From Epiperipatus broadwayi (taxonomy: Eukaryota > Animalia > Onychophora): 64,000 bases of DNA. The position numbers and the translations under genes are program-made. The stretch spans positions 1,922,001 through 1,986,000 of the forward strand of contig JAQFVV010000010.1 in NCBI GenBank assembly GCA_028023455.1, read 5' to 3'. A model generated the notes under the pieces. The model was given only the letters and a program-made list of their open reading frames with translations. It did not search any database and had not been told where the DNA came from. Of this stretch, positions 27,996-41,400 are shown piece by piece (position 1 is the first letter of the stretch; every line of letters starts with the position of its first letter).

Positions 27996-28424
27996 TATTC
28001 AAGCATTAGATTAAAAATACTAGGACAAGCCCAGCACTTTATCTAATATATAACTATTGAGTAGAAAATCTGAAATTGTCAGGCATCTAATCCTTAATTT
28101 AATAAAGCTTGTATTTACAAATGTTATATATAGAGCTCGCAAAATAAGCTCTTAACAAGCTTTGAGAATTAAGTCGTGTGACATCTGACTTGATTTTTTA
28201 TCATTTTATTTTTTGCTGTTAAGGCTTTGGCGATTTTATATTGCTAAAGCTATTAATATATGGTGTATCAGAACTTAGTTCAGTCCCATATGGCTCCTTG
28301 AGTTAGATAGCTGGATTGGTAGACATATGGATGTTGACAATTTCAGATTTTCTACTTAATAGTTATACATTAGATAAAGTGCTGGGCGTGTCCTAGTATT
28401 TTAATCTAATGCTTGAATATCCTG

Positions 28425-28470
28425 GCACCTCACTGAGAACACCAGAAGCAGAAATCGGTCTGGGGTTGAA
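28425..28470 (+). ncRNA. Hammerhead motif, degenerate (CTGAGAA)
   Basis: gcacctca-CTGAGAA-cac cagaa gca-GAAA-TCGGT-C-tggggt. Stem I CCTCA/TGGGG; G8 is mutated. Confidence 0.55.
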
Positions 28471-29064
28471 GATATTCTCAAAGCTTGTTAAGAGCTTATT
28501 TTGCGAGCTCTATATATAACATTTGTAAATACAAGCCTTATTAAATTAAATCATGTGACATCTGACTTGATTTTTTTTGTCAATATATCATCATCTATCC
28601 TTATACAATTTTTAAAACCCTAACAACTTCCAGCTCATGAAAAATAAATGTATCTTACATCTTATAATAAAAATCTGATATTATCCGCTCTAAAAATAAA
28701 TCTTTTCTCATTATATATGATAATATATTTAATTATGTAATTACAGCATTGCATTATTATTAGTGATCAAAATGTTATTTGGAATAACTTAATACTATAT
28801 ATAATTTATTAAATATTCACATAAAATTAAACATTCTCTTATAACTTAATATACATAATTTGTTAACTATTCCTTAAAATTAAATATCCTCTTATCTTCA
28901 AGAACAGTATGCATCTATGAAATAAAAAAATGATTTTAATATTTTCTTTCAAATTTCTGTAAATTAATTAAAACATTCATTTTACTATATTTGCTTGGAA
29001 CTTCATCTGAAAAAGCAAATAACATACCAAGATACATTTCATGCTAAACCAGCATTTTCACAAC

Positions 29065-29169
29065 TTTTTTTTTTTTCCATGTGTCATAGCATCAGCCAGG
29101 AAGCGAACCCGCCAATCCGGGACAACCGCATGCAAAGCAGCTGTCGCCGATCTCTCGACCACCAATGCT
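29065..29169 (-). mobile_element. tRNA-derived short SINE, copy 2 (best preserved)
   Basis: Minus strand: GCATTGG-TG-GTCG agagatcgg CGAC-A-GCTGC tttgcat GCGGT-tgtcccggattg-GCGGG ttcgctt CCTGG-CTGATGC-T atgacacatgg poly(A). Confidence 0.85.
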
Positions 29170-29325
29170 TAACTTTTAATTTATATTTTATCATTTGTTC
29201 AATATTAATTAATATCAAATTACTGCACTTTGATTTTATAAGTGTCAAATTTTTGCACTCATATTTGATACCATCTATTTTAAATATACACTAATGATTA
29301 TTATAATAATAATAAATAAAAAAAC

Positions 29326-29790
29326 AAAGCAAGTCACATATAATATGACATTACTTTTATAAGCTTGTGTTTACAAAAATGTAATACAGAGAGCATACCA
29401 ATAGCTCAAACAAGCTCTTAATTGATAAGTGTGGTAAGAGAAGATATTTAAAATCTTTATCTGGAACATTCCTATCGACCAATTGATTTGAGTTTATGGC
29501 TTACCTCAGTAAAGAGCTAGAATATTCAGACACTAGATCCAAAATATCAGCTCAAAACCCAGCACTTATTTCATACATAATATTTAAGTAGAAACTCTGA
29601 AGTTTTCGGATATGAAAATGTCTTTTACCCCAGCTATCTAACTTAAATAGCTATATGGGACTGAACCAAATTCAGATCTATCATATATTAATAGTCTCAG
29701 CATAGCTAAGGTCTTAAAGGTAAAATTATAATAATCAAAAAAAAAAAAAAAAGCAAGTCATTACTTTTATAAGCTTCTGTTTGCAAAAAT
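29326..29790 (-). mobile_element. Older, degenerate copy of hammerhead-bearing subfamily B with duplicated terminal segment
   Basis: 29500-29705 is reverse-complement-homologous to 28245-28435. There is a relic core CTGAGGT-aagc cataa actc-AAAT..TGGTC at 29461-29510 (-). The segment agcaagtca..ttacttttataagctt occurs at 29326 and 29752. Confidence 0.65.
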
Positions 29791-30454
29791 GGGTTGTCGT
29801 CGAATAGCCACCATATCCCACTCGCTGGCGCAGTTTTCACACTAAAACACATAAAAATGCCGTTTCCATGGCCAACACGATCGAACCCGCGTTTTCTATA
29901 ATACAACTTTTTTGTTGTGATACAGATTGCAAGCCGCTATGTCGCATCGCAGCAAATAAATTTTTCGAATTTGCACAGTTTATAAAATGGTTACGGCTTG
30001 GTGAGCGGGTGTGTTTTTTTTAATTGGATGGAAATATTTTTTTAAAGACTTTTTAATTTCATTAATTACTTCACTATCCCAGTAAGAATAAAACTTAATA
30101 ACAATAGCTGAATGTATCTCCCTGAGAAAAACACACCAAACTAACTTAGCAAAGGATGAATTTAGTGCTTTAGCAGATGGCACATTAGGTGTGGTGTCAT
30201 ATTGTATTTCATCAAAATCTTCAGGCAGTTTTGTCCATGGTCCTCATGGTTTCATCTAAAAATATAACCATGGAATCATGTGACTATAAAGCAAATTTAA
30301 AATCAGAGGCTTGAACCATCACGAATACTCTAGTGCAGTTTCTCCAGCCTGATTTAATTTTTAAATGGTGACACGAACAATTATGCTGTCTTGGCGTATG
30401 GTAGTTTTATACTGTTCTTATTTATTCATTAAATATTATAGTGCAAAACTTAAT

Positions 30455-32212
30455 ATGGCTGGAAAAAAGAGAAAAGTAGTACAAGAAAATCGCAAATTTC
30501 GAAGTGAATGGACTGAATCTTATGCAATTGTTGCAAATTTAACACAATTCCTATATGTCAAGAAAAGTTTTCTAACAACAAAAAATCAAATGTACAAACG
30601 CATTGTTTAAATAAGCATGAAGCATTTGCAAAAAATTATCAAGCGAGAAGAAAGGTAGTAGAAGAAATTTAACATAAAATGAACTTAAGTAAAGGTACAT
30701 TTCAAAATTGATAAAATCAAGTAATAATACAACTAATGTTAGTTTTGTTGCCACTCTAGAAATAATGAAACAGCAAAACCCATTTATGAATGGCAATTTT
30801 GTGAAAGATTGTTTATTAAAATGTCAGAATATCTTTTTTGCAATTTTAAAAATAAAACAGAAATAATTGCTAAAATAAAAGACAAGCCATTACCCGCCAT
30901 GACTGTAAGAGACAGAACTTCATTTGGCAGAAGATCCTAACTAGTCAGCAAATTACGGATTTAAATTCAATACCAGGATTTTCTATTGCCTGTGATCAAT
31001 TTTGCAATGTGAATGATATTGCACTGGTTATACTTATTTGTAGATACGTTAACTCTGACAGATCTCAATAAGAATTACTTGATATAGTGCCATTTACAGG
31101 ATAAACTTGAGGTGAGGATATGGAATCTGCTGTTACTAATTGTTTGAAAAGTAAAAATATTTGATATTAATAAAATAATATCACTTGCCACCAAGTCTGA
31201 AAGATGGAAAAAAAGATTTTGTTCCTATGTTTAAAAAACAAATTTTGTACGACATTTTTTCTTTTCACTGCATAATCCATCAAAGGCACTTTGTTTGCAA
31301 ACCTTTCTGAATGAAATAATATTAGTTATGGACTTGGTTGTACAGATTGTGAACAAAATAATGGTAAAACCACTATATCATTGTCAATTTTGTGAACTTC
31401 TTAATAAAGTCAATAGCCAATATTCTTATATTCTTTTACACAATAAAGTAAGCTGGCTTTCCATAGGAATAGTATTAATGTGATTTTCTGAATACTTAAG
31501 CTCAATCATGATTGGTTAGAAAAATTTTAATTTATGATGGACATGACCTCACATTTAAACACACTAAACAAGAAATTGCAAGGGATGGGAAATAAAACTA
31601 TTTTGCTTTTGGAAGAAGGACTTGTTTTTGAATAAAAATTAGGTTTGTTTACCACAGACTTAGAGAAAGACCCATTGCTACATTTTTCTATGTTGGAAGA
31701 AATATCAACAGGATCATATTTCAATAGGTTTAACATATTTTGCACAAATAGTGGTAAATATGAAATTAGAATTTGGTGAGAGATTTAAAGAGTTATATAA
31801 AAAAAGGCAATCTTATAGTTTTTATTGAGACCACTCAAAATTATTTCTACTGATTTGAATTTTTCACCTTTTAATAATATTGATTAAGCAGTTTTTCAAC
31901 TAGAACTAGCAGATTTAAAAATCAAGGAAATGTGGAGTTCAAAATTTGTAAATCTTAAAAGTGAATTAAAAAATTTAGATAGACAGAAATCTACTTTTGC
32001 TGCACAACATAAATGATCTCAGATAGAAAATTTTAAAAGACAAGATTAGTTGTTTTTGATACTTGGAACAGTTTGCCTGATATCTTATATTCAATTAAAA
32101 ACTTATGCATTTGGAATTTCTGTCGATTTTTGGATCTACATATTTTTGTGAACAGATATTTGCCAACATGAATTTTATTAAAAATAAACTAAGAAATCAG
32201 CTGAACAGTGTA
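30455..32212 (+). pseudogene. hAT-superfamily (Charlie/SPIN, GTF2IRD2-like) transposase relic
   Basis: N-terminus MAGKKRKVVQENRKFRSEWTESY, FHCIIHQ motif near 31262, and C-terminal FGSTYFCEQIFANMNFIKNKLRNQL. Many stops and frameshifts. Confidence 0.9.
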
Positions 32213-32742
32213 AGTCTGCTATCAATTATATAATGGAATATTTCAATATTTAAAATTCAAATTTTAGTCAATCTTTTAAAAATACATTCAAATATTAGTA
32301 CTATATAGGTTAGTCTATAACTAAAATTGTATTATTATCTCTTCTTCATGTATTGCTGATCAATGTGGGAATCAAACCTGAGGTCATGCCTAGTTGGTCA
32401 GATTGCCACTTTATATTCAGTATTTATTAATCTAAAAATTCTAGGTTATTTTTCTAAAAACATTTAACAATTACTTCTACTTAATGGATATAGTCCAACA
32501 TATAAATGCATAACATATATATTAGCTTATCTTGATAGCAAGCAGCTTAAATAAATATTCTACACCCTATTTATAATTTACCCTATTTACCTTAATATTG
32601 TTAATATCATAAAAGCCTTTCTAAAATATTATTGTCAGTAAAGTAATATATTTATCAAATAATATTTCACCATGCATTTACTTATGAAGTATAATTTTTT
32701 TTTAAAACAAAAAAAAATGATATTTATTAATTTATTTTCTAG

Positions 32743-32898
32743 TTGTGGATCTTTTCCTTACCATCCTGCCTGTCTTTATACACTATGTGAAGATTGTTGT
32801 AAAGCTAGTAAAACCTCAATCTGCATGGAAGTGGGCATATTTGGTTATCAATCATATGAAGAGTTATCTTATGAAGGTCCGTGTGAAGTAGATTTCAG
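32743..32898 (+). CDS. Coding exon of Zn-finger/LRR gene (T+CGSFPYHPACLYTLCEDCCKASKTSICMEVGIFGYQSYEELSYEGPCEVDF+AG)
   Basis: Acceptor tttattttctag, donor gtagag, 156 nt, phase 2-2. It joins exon 38248 as EVDFS-FLKLTTCP, an LRR-like start. Confidence 0.8.
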
Positions 32899-35029
32899 GT
32901 AGAGTTTATCAAAATAAAACTAACTGTTCACTGAATAGCTTGCAGATTTGGTAAACCTAAATATAATAGAAAATATTACAACTAAGCAGGGCTAGTTGAC
33001 TTGTGTGTCATAGATTTGGGTGACCAAAAGTAATATACAAAGTTATGAACCAAGTATTTTTTTCTAATTATGCACTACATATTTGGGCAATCTAAAATAT
33101 ACTCAATAAATGTTGTACTTGGGCAACTAATAAATAAACAAATAAATGAATACGTCCACATATGGCTCTATGATAGTTTAGATTTACATCTATAATGGAC
33201 TCATAAATTTGTAGGGCACCAATGGGTCCAGAGATAAGTGTTTTTGCTTGACAAAGAAAATAAGTTCAATAAATGATGAGTTACTTGCTGATAATATGTA
33301 ATATGTGATGTACAATTAAATATCTTAATTATAAAATAAATTGTGTAATAAGTCAATTTCACATAATAGAATGATTTGTGTGATAGATTAATCAGCAGAT
33401 ACTTGGATTAATAATAAATATAAATCTATTAATGTAAACTTTAATTTATCGAAGTGGTTAAAACAAAAAATAATTTAATTAATAACTGCAATCTAACATC
33501 ATACAATAGATATGTATAATTTATTCCTACCAGATTGGAATCAAAAGATATAATCTTTAATTAAAATTATTAACACATACAATCAAGTCAGAATGGGTTA
33601 ACTACAGACTTTTTTCTCGCACAAAAGAAAAATATAAAATGTAATGGAAATTTTAAGGTTTTTTTTTTTATTTTAAAGAAAATATCTCATATTATTTAAA
33701 ATCAAGCAATACCTTATAATAAAAATTATTTTATAATTTTGAACTAAATTATATGAAATATTAGTTATATTTTAAATATTGATGATTTTCTAAAAATAAT
33801 CAGTTAATAATTAATTCAACTCTTAATTTTACTTGATTTATCTCTTTTATTGAAGTGCATATCAAATGATGAAAAAAAACTGCCTTATAATTAACATTAT
33901 TAATAAAGAAGAAATATTTTTTATAAATATCAAAAGTTACCATTATATTTTTAACTATTATTGGCAAGTGAAATCCACCTGAGTAGATAATTTTAAGAAA
34001 TTTGTCAGTGAGTATCTGTTACCAAGTTAAGCATATATGTAATTTGATTTAAGCTTCTTTATCCTGCAGCATTTTCTTTGGCATCTTCATGTTAACTAAA
34101 CACAAATGTAAGGATCCATAAACATTTTTAATCATTAGATAATATCCAATTATTCCTCTTGTCAATGTTACAATCCATAATAAATTTGATGGTCTGAGCT
34201 CCATAGTTGGCATAGCATTTGTTATTAATCATTGTGTTTTAATCATAAAGATATCAAATAAGTTAAGTTTATGTCCTTATTCTCTAAGTAATTTTCTATT
34301 CACAGTATACCATTTTTTCGTTATAAATCCAAAATCTATTGATAAAAATATGTGAACATAAAACAAGTTGTAAAGAAAAATGTATATATATATTTCTTTC
34401 TGAGCTTGTTTTATCACTTGGCAATTAACAAAAAAAAAAAAAATAATGACACTATCTTTTTTTTTTAAACACTAGCTCATGAAAGTATGATTAGCTTTCT
34501 TCTAATCTTAATAAGGCATTGTTATCATTCATATAATTTAATAAAATATTTAATTTTTTAAAATTTAATAAATAAAATTATCCATTCACTCTACATTTAT
34601 CCAAATTAATAAACATAAGACCTTTAATTGTTTTTTTTATTTGGTTACTCATAAATCATAAAGGGAATTATAAATGATGGCATGTATATATCACAATATA
34701 TATAATCATCAATTATATTGTACATACATATATATATATATGATCCTTATTTATATATAATACATAAATAAATACCACCTTCTATATATCTATACCAAAT
34801 ATATACACATATATACCTTAAACATATGGACATACACTGAACTACTCTGAACTTACATCTATATCATTAATTTTAATAAAATAAGCATTGAAAAGTAAAA
34901 AGAATGGTAGATTTATTTGATTTTTTATAATTTTATCAATGCATAAAGATAACTTGATATTATACTTCATCAAGTCTAATTTTTTGCAGTGGTTTCTTAT
35001 TTTCCACCATATTTCTTCACCAGATATCA

Positions 35030-35560
35030 GAAATTAAACTACTTCACAGAAAATGTATAAAAAGCTATTAAACAGATTGAACTTGCCTGTAAATCAAGAT
35101 ATAGTTTTACCATCTAAATCTTATCTCAAATCAAGGTTTTCCTTTTGTATGTTGAACGAGTAATCTACTATCAAAGGAAAAATGGAAATCTTATGATATC
35201 CCAAACAAATTCTTTTTCCACGTCCAAGAATAAAACGAGCTGAATTTGATTTTTTAAAAATGTAATTGGAATTTCATCAATAAATTCAAGAAGATCCATA
35301 TTATTGCACTCATCTGCTTCATAAATGGAATTTAGCAGCCACTGTTCTTTGTAAATGTGAGTAAACCTGACTACATGGTTAATGACTACAAATCTGTGAT
35401 TACAGTAGCAGAAAATGAAAGTCTTAATAAAACCACTAACGATTGTATTCCCTAATTTGAATCTCTACAGCTTCCTTTATGATATTTGTTAATAATTAAG
35501 CTGTCAGAATAATCCATACAATAAAAAATTATAAATATAGATAAGTGCAAGGATGAAAAC
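35030..35560 (-). mobile_element. Decayed LINE RT fragment (second copy at 57070-57450)
   Basis: Shares CTTCACAgAAAATGTATAAAAA..TTAAACAGATTGAA.TTGCC with 57110-57160. There is a YADD-like remnant (IYEADE) on the minus strand. Confidence 0.55.
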
Positions 35561-38247
35561 ATGTGACAGGATTCTTCAAATAGGGTTTTTTTTTTATGTT
35601 GATCATTATGAGTGTAGAAGACAAAAGATAGTGAGATATTGATGAAACTTTTTGTGGAAATGGAATCTTTTTTTATTTACACAGTTCATTAAACTGCAGC
35701 ATAGTTGTATGGGTGAATGATGAGATTCAGGATTTGTTGAAAAAGTTTTTTAATAACATTCTTGAAATGTTAACTTGATAGCTAATAAAACCATTAGATG
35801 ATGATTTTCATTCATGCTTGAAGTCAAGGATTATGTAAGGTAACCAGGGAGAGCAAAGTGTATAGGTAGTACAGTAGTTCTTTTTATAAGAATTGGATTA
35901 TTTTTGTGATTTTTAATAGGATATGTGTTTATATTTAAATACTTAAAAGAAAAGTAGGGATGCAGAAAAACAAATTTATGTAGGTTTAATGAATAAAAAT
36001 TACCTTATATTGGAATTATCTTGGTGTATGATTCAAAATTAGTTTGGGAATGCAAGCAAGAAATGAAAGCATATTTTCTATTATTGTTTATTTTGAAACA
36101 AGTTCCTTGCTGTAATTACTTTTTTATACTTGATAACCATCAGACTTTGGTATATTATTAAAAAATAACTGATAACATCTGAGCAAGTGTTCCTTGTCAG
36201 TAAGATTAACATCTGTAAGGTAAGATAGTTGCATTTCATTTATATCACTGAAAATGTATGCATTTTTTCTTTTTACTACCTTATGATCATCATTAATTTA
36301 TAAAAATTTTCAGTGTTATATTCATTTTTGTTTATTAACTGCTATATGTTGAAATTAAATTATACATATTCTGCAATGTTTTTTATGCTGATAAATTTTT
36401 TGCAATACACTTATGAACTTACATCAATAAAATTTATTTGTCCACTATGCATACATTTTTTTAAATACTACTTTGTTAAATTAAATGGCATTTAACTGTA
36501 CATTATTCATAATAAATATAGATTAATAAATATTCACAAGGATAGACTATATTGCCTAATTAGCCCAAAGATGAAGAAAATAATGTCTAGCTGATTTTTA
36601 GTAGATGCTAGGCTATCATTAGTACATACGGAGAGCTGAGACATATTACTTTCTACCTTTTCAGCTGGTTTCTATTTAATTCTTTTATTTCTAAATTCTC
36701 ATCAAATTATTCGTGATTGGCCTCTGGAATAAAAAAAGCTTGTTGCTAGAATCCAAGAACTAAACAGGATATTATGAAGAAAACAACCTGAATCTAAAAA
36801 CTTATTATTTCGAAAACATTTTCATTAATTAAAATACTATTGTTTTCATGTGTTGTTATTTTATAAACATTATTGTTATTATTGAGCATATGGTTTTAAT
36901 TATATAAATTTGATAATATATATATATATACACTCATCAAAAATTCTACATAATTAATTAATGATCAGTCATACCATAAACACAGTGAATTATTGGTTTA
37001 TATTGGAGCTTTTGAAGAGGGCTCAAGTTATGTGAAAAATCATTTTTTCATTTTGATTCTTATCAAAAATCAAGGTTTTCTTTTTAAAAAAAGACACTAA
37101 CTTTTTGTTTCAAAAAATAAATACTATTTTATGAGAAACATTAATTGGCTTTTGGAAACCCTCTTAACTGATATATATTCTCTTGAGAATGTTTTGTAAA
37201 ATATTTAGAAACTTTTGGAACTTTCAGATCTGCATGTTTAGCGCTAATAATTAAATTTTATCACTTAAATCAATAATAAATTTTGTTTTCTATAGGCTGC
37301 TTTCATTGTAAGCATCTTTTACATTAATAATTTAATTCAAGAAAGATAAGTGATGATATTGAGAATTCTTCAGATCATTGACTTGAATAGTGTAATAAGA
37401 TGTTCACTAGAAGGAAACAATGCAAAATACTGCTTCTTGCAGACAAGTTATATAAATGTCAATCATTCATTTTAATGTATATTGATAATCAGTATTTATG
37501 TATTTGGTTTTAATGAAGAGGACACTACTTTGTAATGCAGATTAAATTTGAGTTAAGTGATCATGTAATTCTTAGTCTTGTTATGCTTTATCAAAGTTAA
37601 GCACATAATATTATATTCTGGATATTTCAAGCTTTTAGATTAATCTTAATTTATTCTGTGATATTTTATGTATTTAGTTTTTCAGTAAATATTTTACAAT
37701 AATTTAATAATGAAAGCTGATATAATTAAAAGCAATCGTTGTAAAGATTTTATTGTTTACAGATACAGATAAATTTATTTTTAATCTGGTAATAAAAGAA
37801 AATATGCTAATTTCATATATTTTATATAAATATGTCTGTACCACAATTTCAAAAATCTATGTACTTTTATGCGTTCTGTGTGTTTAGGTTTCTAGATAGC
37901 CTTGACCAAATGATAACATTGATTGTTGTTGTTATTAGTTTCTTTGTCATTCTGTTTATTTTATTCATTTATATAAAATTTCCTTGAAAGAATGCAATGA
38001 ATAAGAGATAGTACTGATTGTCATTGCTCGTTCTTAATTCGATTTATAATATTTCAATTTATTCTAACATCTTTTATTTAAACCTTTTGTTAAATAAGTT
38101 TTTGTGTTCAATTGTAATTTTGTGTACACGTGGTCTTATGTGATAAATATTTTTAAGAAATTTGCTTTTTTAAAAATTAACAAAATAAATTATTAATTTT
38201 CATATTAATTATGTTAAATATTATAGTTTGTGATTTTTTTTTTTTAG

Positions 38248-38413
38248 TTTTTTAAAATTGACAACATGTCCTAACAGAATGGGCTATATTGGACCTCAGC
38301 TTTCTTTCTTGAATCTTTCAAATAATTGTCTCACGTCACTTCCGGAAGAAATCAGTTTGCTGAGAGGTTTAGAATGCTTATACCTTCAGTATAATTGTTT
38401 AAAAGAGCTACCT
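38248..38413 (+). CDS. LRR exon (T+FLKLTTCPNRMGYIGPQLSFLNLSNNCLTSLPEEISLLRGLECLYLQYNCLKELP)
   Basis: Poly-T acceptor tttttttag, donor gtgagt, canonical LxxLxLxxNxLxxLP repeats, phase 2 in and phase 0 out. Confidence 0.92.
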
Positions 38414-41400
38414 GTGAGTATCATTAGTTATTATTTCATTTAAATTATCTGTGGTAATATTAAATATGGAAAAAAAGAAAACAGCTTATATTGTGCAAAA
38501 GTGGTTAAAATTAATTTTCTTATATTGTTTTTTATTATTCTAAAAAAGATTATACATGATGACATGATTCAACTAACGTATCCTCATAGTAACTTTAGAG
38601 AGAGATCTTTGGCTAGTGATGGTGTATCTTGGCCGGAGTATGTGATGATGCAGTAATTCTTCAAATTATCTATAACTAACTATTTGTTGTTGTTATTAAT
38701 TAGAAAAATTTTTGATTTTGTTCTAAATCATTTCTCTTTTGACATATATCCAATTCATTTTTATTAAAGCCCCCCCTTCCCCATAATAATGTCATTCGAT
38801 GACATAATTGGATTATTATTTCTTTTCTTTTTTTATTACATTATCATTTTTCCTCCATATTTTTGAAGTTAATTTTAGTTTCCAAAGTTTTCATTGTCTC
38901 AATAAATTAGTTTAACATGTAAAAATACAACTTAAAAAATATTTTTAACATATATATTGTAATGGACAGCAGGCATCTAATATCCATTATCAGAGAGTGT
39001 CACTAGACTTCTAGCCTAGAAAATTTATAATTTACTGATGAATATATCAAGTACAAGTGCCTCCCTAGCTATAACATCACTCGTATATCTAAAATCACCT
39101 CTAGATCGTGGAGAACAGAAATTCTTGCAAATAATAATTGCCAAAGCAGTCAACAATAAACAAAAGCTGGGCAAATCTAACAATTAACAAAACAAAGTTC
39201 ATTAAAAAAGTATAATATACAGTTAATTTATAAGTTCAAATACCAGACTTATTTCAATATGTTAGGGTTTGAATAGTGTGCAGTGTACTTGATAGCTGAT
39301 AGTTTAAAATATTACACTTTCTCTAAATTTTATCTTTCATAATGATTTGAAAATTTGTTCAGATGTACGCACATATATCATTCACATTGGCATTAACAAA
39401 TAATGAATACTCAAGCAATCTTTCTCTTTAAATATGGTTACACACGCAGACTATTACAAATATCAAGTCTATATGTGATGTATTAAATCCAATCACAGAA
39501 AAGTAATATATAGAGAACAACAATAAATATGCCTATTAATCAACTGTGTTAGAAAGCAAAAATATATAAATAATCATGGGAAGGAATATCTCTTTACTCG
39601 TTGCAAAACATACATATCCGTGAACATCTTAAGCAAGAATAATTACAAAATCATGGGTGCCCAAAATATATAATAAGAAATTTACATGATTGATAAATAT
39701 CTAGGATCGCTCTATACAATGTCCACATATACATATATTAATTCCCTAATTTCAAATGTGTGTGACAGAGTAAACAAGTAAAACTACCAACAAATTTAAA
39801 CAGCTTAACGATTTATAAAATTTTGCACACATATACAGGGTCAAATACTTGTATATAGCAATAATTTTAAAATCTTTAACATCATTATTATTAAATAAAA
39901 GAAAGCTATAAAATAAAATCTATCTCTTTTAAAACTTTTTTATTTATTTATTTAAAACTTCTCACTAAAAGTAATAGAGATTGTAATTATGATTTCTTTC
40001 TAATAAAACCTTATGAGAGGAAAAAAAAAAATTACTTTAATCTTCTTTCAAAAAAAAAAAAAATCTTTTATGGAGAAAAACAAAAAAAAATTAAACTTTA
40101 AATAAAAATGCAAACAATCAGCTATATCAGATACATATTAAGAATTAAAACATAGAAACATTAATAATAATAATAATTCAAAAAAAATAGTTTAAAAAAC
40201 AGACAACGGTATAAATATAAAATTAAATCCTTTAACCTATATAACACTGGCTTATTGTCAATGGTTTAATAAAACAGTTCATAAGTATAAGTTATCTTAA
40301 GTCCAGAGAAAAGGCGATGAATGGAATACTATTTTCTGGAAAAGTTTAATTAGATAAACATACATACATGTAAATGTAGATAATAGTTTCACTGTCTTTT
40401 ACTGTTGGAGAGTTTGTTCTGGAATTACTTCTTTTATATTGAGAAGTGCGTTTCTGCATATTTGAAGGTAGCAATTGGCTGTATTGTTGGCTAACTTAGC
40501 AAGCAAGGTTAAACATTCAATGACTGAATGCTACATACTGAAGAATAGAGTTTGTTTCCTGACATTTTAGCTGCTCTCATTTTTTAACATGACCACTGGT
40601 AGAAGTTCTGGATAGCACATGCTAAGAAGGCACAGTGATGAATCAAAGCAGAATGTATACTTTAGAATGAATATATAATTCTGAGTTGGTCATTTTATAG
40701 CACCAAATTTTTAATTAATTAACCTACCAAGAATTTTTTATTAACAAAGCCAGTGATTAATTGTCAACTAGTAATTATTTTTATTTAATAGATTACCAAA
40801 CATTTTTTTAAATAAATGTGTATGATAACAGAATCTTAAAAACATGAACAAGACTTACTAAAAGAAAACTGATTTTTTTAAAAGTTTTTAATTAATAAAA
40901 AGGAAATAATTAAGAATAGATCAATATTTTTTAAAGATTAAATATTGTTCCTGTAACATACATTTTAAAACAGATTTATAATAATTTTAGTTACAAAGTA
41001 TATATATATTTTTACAACTAAAAATAATATTGACCAACATAATAAATGCAAAACTATTAATGTGTGCATGTATGTAATACAAGCATATATATAAAATAAA
41101 AATTTAAGAGCTGGAATTAAGCTTGTGCTTTACCAACCATAAAATATTTTAACATAAATTAGATATTGAGATAGCAAAGATCTATCTCAATATATATTTG
41201 TAATTTAAATTGGCTAATTAAGTTTTCAACATTTAAATGAATTTTTCAGCATGAGATTTATTTCTGACTTGCTTTGTTTTTAGATATTTCTTGTTAAATT
41301 GATTATTTGTATATTTGATGCTGAAGATCATTTTCTATTTATACATATGAGATATTTCTTGCATATCCCTGCAGTGATACAGTGGCAGACCCTACAGCTC

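Larger units (their letters stand above)
27908..28582. mobile_element. Hammerhead-bearing inverted-repeat insertion (subfamily B), 675 bp, 11-bp TSD
   Basis: ATATATCATCA at 27897-27907 and 28583-28593. Segment 27908-28085 is the reverse complement of about 28335-28505. Divergent hammerhead relics lie at 27945-27995 (-) and 28425-28470 (+). Confidence 0.82.

Noticed and set aside
32745-32891. Alternative open frame VDLFLTILPVF...KVRVK* in the same exon
   Set aside because: It ends in a stop before the donor and is not phase-compatible with the flanking exons.
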